Source: Octopus sinensis (Eukaryota). From it: a stretch of DNA of 64,000 bases. Shown here piece after piece: positions 52,476-64,000 of the stretch. A program made the translations under genes and the position numbers. Under the pieces are notes generated by a model, which saw nothing but the letters and a program-made list of their open reading frames with translations, had not been told where the DNA came from and did not search any database. Location: assembly GCF_006345805.1 (NCBI RefSeq), contig NC_042998.1:161510001-161574000 (forward strand), written 5' to 3'. The stretch's first letter is position 1, and each line of letters starts with the position of its first letter.

Positions 52476-53320
52476 CCGTAAATCCTCGAGTATAGTCCGC
52501 CCTTGAGTATAATACGCAGGGGATTTTTAGGGGGCTGTACCTCTGAAAAACCTAAACCTTGTGTATAATACGCACCCCTTCTCTAACTTGAGTCAAGGAG
52601 GTCTATATAACGTCCTTGGTTTGTAAAAATGTATACGGTAACGTCCTTCAGTATATGATATAACTTCAACTTTAAACATAGCTGAATAAGATCTACGAGG
52701 CATTTTATGGGTACGTAGTGTATAAAATGTTTTATTGGAGATTAATGTACAGGTTTAAGTCCCACTTATAAGAAACCCTAGTAAAGACCCACAGTAGTTC
52801 AAACATTTAATACTGGTATTTAATTACGTATCCATTGTCTGCCACGGTAATGATGCAAACTGCCAATACAGACGGCAGGATGAACTATTTAGCGCTAAAC
52901 TACTAAGTACAATTCGCGCGTAATTAAGCCAGCAGCACCTAGTCGAACAAACACTTCCGCGCATGCGTAATACAATAATGGTGATGTTCTTAACTATTAT
53001 ATAGTAATGTAAATATGTTTGCAAATTGTTTTTGCTACATGTTATTCTGTGTTCTGAATACTTTTATTTTAATAAATGTTGCTTACTGCAAGTTATGGAT
53101 GATTCATTTATGACTTCATTGCTTTCAGACTTAGCTTAAGATATTTTCGCGCCCGATATCACAAAATGCGTCTGAATAAAACAATTGCCGGAGAGCAAAT
53201 AGAGACTCGGACATTGCTTAGAAAATATCTTTCATTTTTAACCTCGTATATAGTACGCACTAGGGATTTTGACCTTTAAAATTTGGGAAAAGAATGCGAA
53301 TTATACTCGAGGATTTACGG
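52476..53320. mobile_element. Non-autonomous Tc1/pogo-type element (845 bp)
   Basis: TA|CCGTAAATCCTCGAGTATA ... TATACTCGAGGATTTACGG|TA, perfect 19-bp TIRs. Confidence 0.88.
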
Positions 53321-54864
53321 TATATATATTTTTTATTGATTTCTACCTCGTATATAATAATGTTAAACGACTTTAAAGTATCCTAAGTCTTAGAATGAAA
53401 GACGATACAGACATAAAGCAGATTTTCTAGTTTTGAAGAGAAATTATGAAGCAGGATCCTATGGAGTTTGGTACCAATCATTGTTTTGCTCCTTTGTGAA
53501 GGTAAACACCAAAGGATGGATTTTTTTCATCCACTGTTTTCGCTCCTCTCATAGCAACAAATGTTTGCTAATTTATTTGCAGGCCTGCTTTTAATTGCAC
53601 GGGTGATGAATACCAAGTGATGTTAATAGACAGAACTGTTATTCTTGCTGGTGTTGCCTCTGGTCAGTTCTGATCTAAATAGAACTATACTCAAAAGCAT
53701 ACCAGCTAGTTGGTCTTAATCAAAAACTATCATCTGGGGTGAGGTGTGGGAAAAAAAAGAAAGACCTTCGGGGTATACTGTTAAGCACAGGCATGGTTGT
53801 GTGGTTAAAACGTTCACTTCGCAACCCCGTGGTTACCGGGAACAGACCGGGCAGTACATTTGACCCGACCGATACTTTGTGAGTGGATTTGGTTAACACA
53901 AACTGTGGAAGTCTTTGTATGTGTATGTATTTATGTGTATGCCCGTGTTTTTGAGTTGGTTTGTTTACGTCCTCCTAATTAAAGTTTCGGCGAAAGAAAC
54001 CGATAGAAAAAGTACCAGACGTAAAAGTAAGAAAAGAATATATAGTACCTCAGTCATTAGTCGCTGACTAATGACAGAAAGCAGTAAGATAGTAAAGAAT
54101 ATTCATGAATTTAAACCGAATGATGGTCATATATTGGAATGCTTTTGATTAAAAAGTTTAACTTGTGACAAAAGCAACATTGAAAACGAGCTGTCATCGT
54201 TCTCAAACAAACCGCCAGCCCGCCTATCTAAGTGTTAGACGAAGAGGAGCCATGACAAGTCTTGTTTTTACATAGAAGAAAAGATTCGAGTGGTAAGAAT
54301 GTTAAAATTCCTAGAATAAAAGCGACAATGATTTAATGCTTTTAGTTCTTGTCAGCAGCAGAGACAAGTCACCCGTCTTGAGGTAATTCAGTATATTTTG
54401 GCTTGATACCACCCTCACTAAGTGAGGGTGTAAACGAAATAACAAAGCCGCTGTCACCCCAGCAGAAGTCGACATTTCTTACAGTCCGGTAGAAAACATC
54501 TTAAATGAAGCAAGCCGACAGCTGTTGGTGACTGCTGAGAAATATGTGCGTGTTCTCTGTACAAGCACAAGTATTTAAATATGTAGTACATACGCATGTA
54601 CGTGGGTGCATACACAGAGACACTCTTTTACATATATACATTTATAAAAACATGTATATGCCCACGTATTTAGATGAATCTGTAAGTATGTAATATGTAC
54701 ATGTATGTGTGTGATATTAGAGAGAGAAGGGGGGAAAAAGGCAATGGGACACGTACCACAGCCAGAGATAGGAGTGAAGGTATGGGGACGAAAAAAAGTG
54801 ATGGCGGTGCTGATAGAAATGGAAGTGAGAATATAAGAAATGGAGAAAGCGAAACACGTGCACA

Positions 54865-54926
<62 letters not shown>

Positions 54927-55127
54927 GCCCGTTTTCAGTTTCAATTTTCCTGTAACAAGCGGATTATAAGTGGATAAAACAGTGTATTTGGCTTTAGAAT
55001 AACCCTCTTTAGCCCTTAATTATATGATGTATATTGCAACCGTAAAGGGTTTTTTTAAATATACTGCCCACGCTTCCTGATGAATTCCTTTGCTGTAGAG
55101 TAAGGGACTTCATCCTATATTGCTTAG

Positions 55128-55159
<32 letters not shown>

Positions 55160-58100
55160 CCCATCCATATATACATTCACACTCTGCATAAACTGGAAAC
55201 AACTATTGACGGTGAACCCAGAGACAAATGCGAAAAAAAAAAAACTTTCTCAAACACACATGCACGCGCGCGTGCATATATGCTAAGAGAGAAAGGTTCC
55301 TTCACCACCACCTTTTTCCGTGAAATAAGAAGAAAATAAATAAATAAATAAAAATTTTAAAAATCACAAAAAAAAAACAAACAAAAAAATGGTATAAGAA
55401 GAATCAGGAGAATGACTTCTCTCAGTCGCACTTCCTTTTTGAAGATGATTTGTTTACATGCCATGTTGAATGGCAGGAGCGAAAGTTCAGCGTTGAATAT
55501 GGAGAAGTCGTCCAGAAAAACAAAACAACGACATCCGTTCTGCTGCTTCTGAAGACGTTTAACGTACCTACCCCACCATTAACCTACACCTAGCCTTACT
55601 TTCTCTTCTTTCCTCCCTATTAATCTACATGCTGCCTGCCTACCCAGCGGTTTTGTTTCCTCTTCTCCTACCGTTGTCTACCCTGTCTCTTTATAGGCTA
55701 AGCTACTGACTTTATTAGAATTGAGTGACTACAATTAGATATAAATCTCAGTCTGTCTATCTCTCTCTCTCTGTCTGTCTCTCCTTCTCTCTCTCTCTCT
55801 TTCCCCACCTCTTTCTCTGAAATGGTTTCAATGGAATCGAGTAAATTTTACCGTTCTGAGTATGTCATCATCTAGTATAATCCAGAAAGTTAAGTATGTT
55901 TCTGTTATGAACGGTGTTTATACGCGAGGCAAGTAACCAGGAGTTTGGTAATGGCAGATTTAACACATTTTTCAACAATGATTTTTTCCCCCCCACCCAA
56001 CAACATTTGGCGTAAGGCCGTATTTTTTTGTGGAGGGAGGATGCGGAGGAGTATAGGAACTTATATTGACTCCAGTAAGTAAACTTAACTGATACTTTTA
56101 TGTATCAACTAAACATGAATGAAAAGTAAAATCGACCTCAGTTGGGATGTCCACCCTTAATGTAACTAATAACCACAAGGTATTAGTTTATTCTGTGAGC
56201 TGGTAGAAACGTTAGCATGCTGGGTGAAATGCTTAGCAGTATTTCAACTGTCTTTATGTTCTGAGTTCAAATTCTGCCAAGGTCGACTTTGCCTTTCATC
56301 CTTTCGGATCGATAAATTAAGTACCAGTTGTGTACTGGGGTCGATGTAATCGACTGGCCCCCTCCCCAAAATTTCGGGCCTTGTGCTTAGAGTAGAAAAG
56401 AATACTGGTTTGAAATTTTGGTACAAGGCCAAACTTCTAATATTGGTTTCAAATTTTGGTACAGAGGAGGGGTTAAGTCAATTAAATTGATCCCAATGCA
56501 TCAACCCCAAAAGGATTCATTGTAAAGTTGATTTTGGCAGAATTTGAACTCAGAATTAAGGATGAACAAAATGCTGCTAAGCTTGTTGCCTTAAATTTAT
56601 CTTTAATATGAGCACAAGACAATGTATTTACAGCAACAGTATACCTAGGAATTAGAATTTGGATTTAGAATGTTGGAAACCTTAGTTTAACGTTTTGAAC
56701 TATGAACAGTTAATTCTATTGACTCCTGTATTTGACTGCTATTTCATCTTACTAACCCTAGGAGGACTGAAAGACAAAGTTCATCATAGTAAGATTTGAA
56801 CTCAGAACATAAAGTATTGTACAAAGTAAATCATGGAAGTAATGTTTGTCCAATTCTCTAATAGTTCTTCCAATGCACCAGATAACTAAAGATTACACAA
56901 TGCCCTTTATTTGACTAGGAATGAAACCTGAGGAGCCAAAATTAATCAGGTTCACCATCATATCGAAAGATCTATTCTTTACTTACTTGTTTCAGTCATT
57001 TGACTGTGGCTATGCTGGAGCACTGCCTTTAGTCGAGCAAATCGACCCCAGGACTTATTCTTTATAAGAGTAGTAATTATTCTATTGGTCTCTTTTTGCC
57101 AAACCGCTAAGTGATGGGGACATAAACATGCCAACATTGGTCATCAAGCAATGGTGGGGACAAACACAGACAAATAACAAATGCATATATATATATATAT
57201 ATGATGGGCTTCTTTCAGTTTCTGTCTACCAAATTCACTCACAAGGCTTTGGTCAGCTTGAGGCTATAGTAGAAGACATTTGTCCACAGTGCCACACAAT
57301 GGGATGAACCTAGAACCATGTGGTTGGGAAGCAAGCTTCTTACCACACAGCCACTCCTGTGCCTACTTGTTTATTATCAGAAAAGATTTATTTGACATTA
57401 GGAAGGGCATCCAGAAACCCTGCTACAACAAACAGTTGGAGTCTGGACAGCTTGCTGTTAGCTGTTCCATGTCCAACTATCCAACCCATGCCAGCATGGA
57501 GAATGGATGTTAGACGATGATGATGATGCATTGAGTATGACATGTCCCTGTTTAGGACATCTACTGTAGAGTAGAATAGGATGTAGGGATTGCACAGGGT
57601 GGCTACTTTATATGGGTTTGTTGTAATCAAAGTGATGTTATATGTAAGGAAATGACAGCCAATTTGGGAATGACACAGGGTGGGGGGCAAATCTCATGCT
57701 ATGCTTTATCTGTTATCTTTAACTTGTTTCAGTCAAGGGATTGTGACCATGCTGGGGTACAACCTTGAATTGTTTAGTTGAACAAATCAACACCAGTATG
57801 TCTTTAAGCTCAGTACTTATTCTATCAGTCTTTTTTGCTGAACTGCTAGGTTATGGGGACATAAGCAAATCAACACTGGTTTTGTCAAGTGATAGTGGGG
57901 AGAAAAAAATAAACACACACACACACACAGTTTCTGTCTTCTAAATTCACTTAAGGCATTGGTCTGCATGGCCCTTGAGATTGTATTCTACAGCTCCAGA
58001 TTGATCAAAACTTTGTAAATGGATTCAGTCAGTGAAAACTGAAAGAAGCCTGTTTGTGTGGTAAGAGGCTTGTTTTCTAATTACATAGTTCTGGGTTCAG

Positions 58101-59108
58101 TCCCACGGTGTCACACCTTGGGCAAGTGTCTACTATAACCTTGGGCTGACCAAAGCCTTGTGAGTGAATTTGGTAGATGGAAATTGAAAGAAGCCCATGG
58201 TGTGTGTGTGTTTGTATGTGTATATATATATGCATAAAAAGCACTCAGTTCAGTCTACAGGGTGGTTGGTATTTGGAAGGGCATCCAGCTGTAAAAACCC
58301 TGCCAAAACAGACACAGTAGCCTGGTGTAATCTTCTCTCTGGTTGGTTCCTGTCAAACTGACTGACCCATGCCAGCATGAAAGACAGATGTTAAATGATG
58401 ATGATATATATCATCATCATCAGCATCATCATCATCATTTAATATCTGTCTTCTGTGCATGCATGGGTAGGATGGTTGACATAAGCCGGTCAGGTAGAAA
58501 AACTACCCTAAGCTACTGTGTCTGTTTTGGCAGGGATTTTACAGCTAGATGCCCTTCCTAACACCAACCAATCTGCAGAGTGTATTCAGTGCTTTTTACG
58601 TGGCACTAGCACAAGTGAGGTTAGTTTTGGCATGACTTTTACAAGTGGATGCCCTTCCTAATGCCAACCACATTACAGTGTAGACTGGATGCTGTTAATG
58701 TGGCACCAGCTATATGCTTAAAAATCGATTCTTTTAAAAATTCCAAGTGTGTAAGTGACCACATGGGCATAAGCCCCACACATGTGCCAAGTTTCATCAA
58801 GGTCTGTTGGATAGTTTCAAAGGAGATAAAATAACAAATTCACAAACACACAAACTTGCCATTTATTTTTATAGATATGTGTGTGGGGGTGTGTGTATAT
58901 ATATCTGTGTGTGTGTCTTTGTTTCTGCTTGTTCTCCCACCATTGTTTGACTACCAGTGTTGTTTTTGTTGACGTTGCCATAACTTAGCAGTTCGATAAA
59001 AGAGACCAATAGAATAAGTGCTAGGCTTAAAAAAGAAGTTCTGGTGTCAATTTGTTCGACACCAGAATGGTCACAGACAAATGACTGAAACAAATAAAAG
59101 AATAAATA

Positions 59109-60029
59109 TTGGGTCATCCTATAAATAATGCGGTTTTCTTATACTTCTTTTATTTTCCAAAATTAAGGTAAACAAAATTCTTTTTTAATATGAAATATAC
59201 TCTCCTTCATTTTCTACAATGCTTTTCCATCTATCTGGTAGACTTGCAAGACCCCTCTTCCAAAATTCACTTGTCCATAACAAAAAATACTCCTCCAGTA
59301 TTCTTCTGACCTAATCTACAGAATTCATATCTTTTCTGTCCAAATGATTTTGAAGACTGCGAAATAAATGATAATCAGATGGGGCACGTACTGGTGAATA
59401 TGGTGGCTGGGGCATCGTTTCCCATTGAGACTGCTTCAGCCTTTGAAATGTCATCCTCACTGTGTAGCTGAGGAGTATCCTGATAGAAGAACACTTTTTG
59501 TCTTGAAACCAAAGATGGTCATTTTTCTTCTAACACTGACTTGAATGACTGATTGTATGACCAAATCCAAGTTTCTCTGCTAGTTCCTCAACAGTTATGA
59601 TGGGATTTTATTCCATCAGGGTTTCCAGGATGTTCTTGTCAAGCTCTACAGATCTTCCAGGATGAGGTTCATCTTCTAAGCTGTAGTTTCCAGCTTGGAA
59701 TTTCTGGAACCACCATTGACACTGGCTTATGCTTATTATCCAATCCCCATATACAGCATTAATATTCCTCACACTTTCCATTGTGTTGATGCCTTTATTG
59801 AACTCATAAAGCAAAATATGCCCAATATGCTTCTTTGTCACTTCCATTATAGCTTTGAAAAGATAACTGTTAAAATTGAACTGCACTCTTCAAAACTTGC
59901 ACAAAGAATAAGGACAAGGTAAATTTACTACCTGCTTTTATAGCAAGTTGATGCAGGTAGTTTATCCCATGCCCCTCTGACTTTTAGTTTATGCTAGTGA
60001 AAAAACGCATTTTTTATGGGATGACCCAG
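59109..60029 (-). mobile_element. Internally deleted mariner (921 bp)
   Basis: TA|TTGGGTCATCCTATAAATAATGCG ... CGCATTTTTTATGGGATGACCCAG|TA; MEVTKKHIGHILLYEFNKG..QCQWWFQKFQAGNYSLEDEPHPGRS. Confidence 0.88.
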
Positions 60030-60599
60030 TATATAATATATGATTTCAAATTTTAGCACAAGGCCAGCAGGTTCGGAGGAGAGGGTAAGTAGATTATATT
60101 GACTCCACTCCTCAACTAGTAATTATTTTATTGACCTCCACCTCCCCAGAAGCATGAAAGGCAAGGCAAACCCCAGTGGAATTTGAACTCAGAATGTGAA
60201 GACAGACAAAAAGCCACTAAGCATTTTGCCTGGCTTGCTAATGCTTCTACCAGCTCACTGCCTTACACACACATATACAATTATTACATGCAATTTGCTG
60301 CTCATATAAAGCTTATTTGCAGCTTCAGTCATTTCATACTTAAACTCTGTGTTAAGCCTCTGCTAATAACTACTGTGTGCACATCACTAACTAATTGTGG
60401 TGACACTTGTCCAGTGGTGAGTAGGTATTATCAAGTCAAATGAAGGGAATAAACTTAATCAGAGTAATCATCGTTTTAATAAGTAGCATACTTATCCTGT
60501 TATTGTTGTTGTTGTTGTTGTCATCATCGTTCTTCTTCTTCTTCTTCTTCTTCTTCTTCTTCTTCTTCTTCTTCTTCTTCTCAACATCATCATCATCTA

Positions 60600-60776
60600 T
60601 CATCTAAGCACACGGAAAAATGCTTAGTAGCATTTCATCTGTTTTTATGTTCTGAGTTCAAATCCTACTGAGTTTGATTTTGCCTTTCATCCTTTCGGAT
60701 CGATAAAATAAGTACCAATTGAGTACTGGAATTGATGAATTTTAAGCCTCTGCCTGTAGTAGAAAGAGTTATTATT

Positions 60777-60807
<31 letters not shown>

Positions 60808-61865
60808 TTATTCAGGTAGTCAGCTAGCAGAATCATAAGTGCACCAGACAAAATGCTCAGTGGCATTTCTTCCAAATCTTTATATTCTGAACACAAATTC
60901 TGCTGAGGCTGACTTGGTATTTCAACCTTTCAGAGTCTATAAAAGGTACCTGTTAAGTACTGGGGTCAATGTAATTTACTACCTGTTATCAAGGTAGCAA
61001 GCTGGCAGATTAGCATGCGAGACAAAGCAAGTAGTGGCATTTACATTCAATGTTCAAATTCTGTTGAGGTGAACTTTACTCTTCATTCTTTCGGGTTTGA
61101 TAAAATAGGTACCACTGAAGTGTTGGGAGTTGATGTAATAGACTAGCCCCCTCCCCACAAAATTTCAGGCCTCATACCTATAATAAAAAGGACTGTGCCC
61201 AGCTGACAGAATCTTTAGCATGCTGGACAAAATGCTTTCCATCATTTCATTGGTCTTCATGTCCTGCGTTCAAATTCCACTGAGGTCAACTTTTCCTTTC
61301 ATCCTTTTTGAGGTCAATAGAGTAAGTATCAGTTGAGCACTGGGGCTCTATATAATCGTCTACCCACCCCCTTTGAAATTGCTGGCCGTGTGCCAAAATT
61401 TGAAACCATTATTATTATTATTATCATTAAAAAGATGGCAAGCAGGTGAATCATTAGTGCACTGGATGAAATGCTTAGTGGTGTTTCTCCTGTCTCTATG
61501 TTCTGAGTTCAAATTCTGCCGAGGTCAACTTTGCCTGTCATCCTTTTGGGGTCAATAAATTAAGTACCAATGAAACACTGGGGTTGATGCAATCAATTAG
61601 TCCGCTCCCCACAAATTTTAGGCCTTGTGCCTCCATTAGAAAGGATTATCATCATCATTAAAAAGATGGCGAGCTGACAGAATCATTTGCTCGTTGGGCA
61701 AAATGCTCAGCAACATTTTGTGTCTTTACGTTCTGAGTTCAAATTCTGCTGAGGTTGATAAATTAAGTACCAGTGAAACATTGGGGTCGATGTAATTGAT
61801 TAGTCCTTTGACCCAAAATTTCAGGTCTTGTGCATTTAGTGGAAAGGATTATTATTATCATTAAT
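60600..61865 (+). mobile_element. Chain of about six same-orientation family B SINEs, several joined by (ATT)n/(ATC)n
   Basis: Units at about 60600, 60815, 61000, 61200, 61430, 61665; preceded by (CTT)n at 60528-60582. Confidence 0.82.
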
Positions 61866-62379
61866 ATGCCATAATAAAGCTTAAAACCTATCAGCAGCCA
61901 CTAACTTGTGACATTTCACTAAAATAATCTGAAGTTAATTAGAAAGTTGCAGCTGTAAACAAAGATGTAAAATTTCTTCTGCATTCATTAGTGCTGTACG
62001 TATCTATTATACAAATATACTCATACATGTCAATATTGTTTGTTTTGGCTACATTTTAGAAATGTAAGTGACCACATCGAGGACATACTGAATTTTAAGC
62101 AAAAGATTAATGGATGATATTGCCAACAGGGTAATCAACATAAATGAATGATACTAAATTGTTATTAATCTCTTTGAGAGGATTACTCTAGTGATATATG
62201 TGAGGCTTCAGAATTTGTCTCATTAAAGTAATAGATTCTTTATGGATTAAATCCAGTAAATTCCTTTTTTATTTTTTCATTTTCATTTTTATAAATTGGA
62301 TACTTGCATTTATTTGTAATCAAACTAATTATTACTTACAGAATTAATTTTTTGAAGACTTTCATATTTATTAATTATT

Positions 62380-62613
62380 TATTATTTCTTTACTACCCAC
62401 AAGGGGCTAAATACAGAGGGGACAAACAAGGACAGACAAACGGATTAAGTCAATTATATCGACCCCAGTGCGTAAGTGGTACTTAATTTATCGATCCCGA
62501 AAGGATGAAAGGCAAAGTTGACCTCGGTGGAATTTGAACTCAGAACATAACGGCAGATGAAATACGGCTACACATTTCACCAGGCATGCTAATGTTTCTG
62601 CCAACTCACCACC
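62380..62613 (-). mobile_element. Young SINE family B' copy with 12-bp TSD
   Basis: TTATTAATTATT at 62368-62379 and 62614-62625; same tail as the 2001-2227 copy. Confidence 0.8.
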
Positions 62614-63087
62614 TTATTAATTATTAATGACTATTTCTCACTTGAGTAGTCCCCACCTCCTGTTTTGTATATATGAAATTATATACTTTGAGATGTTTGA
62701 AATAATATTTTAGCATATTACTTTCTTTTTTTCTCCTCCATTTCTTTCAGTCATTGGAGGCTGCCATGCTGGAGCAATGCCTTAAATAGGTTGGCTTTTT
62801 TAAAGTCTGGTACTTGTTTTACCAGACTCTTTTGCTGAACTGTTAAGTTGAAAGAATGTTAACAAACCAACACCAGTTGTCAAATAGTGATGTGGGACAA
62901 ACACAACACAAACGTTTATTCAACTAATCCCTTGCTGTGCAAGGCTTTGGTTGAATAAATTCTGATCCCCAGTACTTATTTTTTGTGAAGTCTAGCACTT
63001 ATTCTGTCAAGCTGTTTTGGCTGAATAGTTAAATTATAGGGACATAAACGAACTATCACCCTTATCCAGTGGTAAGAAACAAATACA

Positions 63088-63215
63088 TATAGGAAGATAT
63101 GGGATGAAGTGCTGAAGTATAACCTCAGGACACTGAACTTTTCAGACGAGATGACAAAGGACCAAGATATCTGGTGCCTTGTTGTACTCAAGAAGAGCTG
63201 TCCTCTGCAGCAGAA
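63088..63215 (+). mobile_element. RTE-type LINE C-terminal fragment
   Basis: RKIWDEVLKYNLRTLNFSDEMTKDQDIWCLVVLKK resembles the RTE RT C-terminus (R..W.D.V..DL....L..EM..DR..W). Confidence 0.55.
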
Positions 63216-64000
63216 GTGTTAAAGCCATTCTCCCTGGTGAAGAGGATTGACTTATGAGAGTTCTGTGCTTGTGCCATTTAAAAAGAGCACTTTTTGCCAG
63301 CATTACATCCTGAATGTTTTGCTATGTTAAGGGTGAGAGGTATCCAGAGGATGTATATGGCTACTTTTGATTACATGGGTAACTAATACAATTAGTAGAA
63401 TTGTATTTGGTACCCTTCCTGCAAAAACATCTTCAACTTTGAGAGACCGCTGCAGAGTGTAACTGGAGAATTATTAGGCTGTTATTTATATAGCCATGTA
63501 GAGGTACCTTGATTGGTAGTAGTTATTTAGAAATATGAAAGGTATAAAGAACAGAATATAATAATAATAATACTCTTTCTACTCGAGGCATAAGGCCTAA
63601 AATTTGAGGGAGGTGGGTGTAACCAGCTTACTTATATAATGTGTACTTTTCCTTCATTGGACACTAAACTTTGCTTGCGAAATTGAAATCGCAATCAAAT
63701 TCGATGACTGGCATCCGTGCTAGTGGAGCGCTAAGAGTACCACTGGAGCATGATCGTTGCCAGAGCAACAAACTGGCTTCTGTGCTGGTGGCACGTAAAA
63801 GCACCCACTACACTCTCAGAGTGGTTGGTGTTAGGAAGGGCATCAAGCTGTAGAAACTCTACCAGATCAGACTGGAGCCAGGTGCAGCCATCTGGTTCAC
63901 CAGATCTCAGTCAAATCGTCCAGCCCATGCTAGCATGGAAAACGGACGTTAAACGATGATGATGATGATGATGATGATGATGATCCTGAAGGGATAAAAG

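Noticed and set aside
1058-63985. tRNA-like A/B boxes at many positions
   Set aside because: All are SINE heads; no complete cloverleaf tRNA, rRNA or CRISPR array seen.

Overview
AT-rich, repeat-saturated animal genomic DNA. The SINE families, the (TA)n/(CA)n/(TACA)n/(ATT)n density and the transposon mix look like a coleoid cephalopod, most likely Octopus; this is recognition from memory, not a database result. Nearly all ORFs in the supplied track are microsatellite or antisense artefacts. The protein-coding remnants I can support are all mobile-element derived: a HERO/R2-group restriction-like-endonuclease (REL) retrotransposon (1-852), a 2.4 kb R4/Dong-type REL LINE with four further R4-like 3' fragments in (TAA)n arrays (15.2-20.3 kb), a near-complete mariner (11.9-13.1 kb) and four other mariner derivatives, a Helitron helicase end and a non-autonomous Helitron, Penelope-like (PLE) fragments, two inverted Gypsy 5' remnants, and a solo LTR nested in a SINE. 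PLE-type repeats carry hammerhead ribozyme motifs: one canonical minimal motif (48247-48292), one degenerate (13198-13238) and one whose three core strands lie in a non-canonical order (31614-31680). No host gene could be identified by name. There are only low-confidence minus-strand exon and promoter candidates (about 47.5-48.0 kb and 33.1-33.25 kb) and an apparent CpG-poor / CpG-rich / CpG-poor domain structure, judged by eye.
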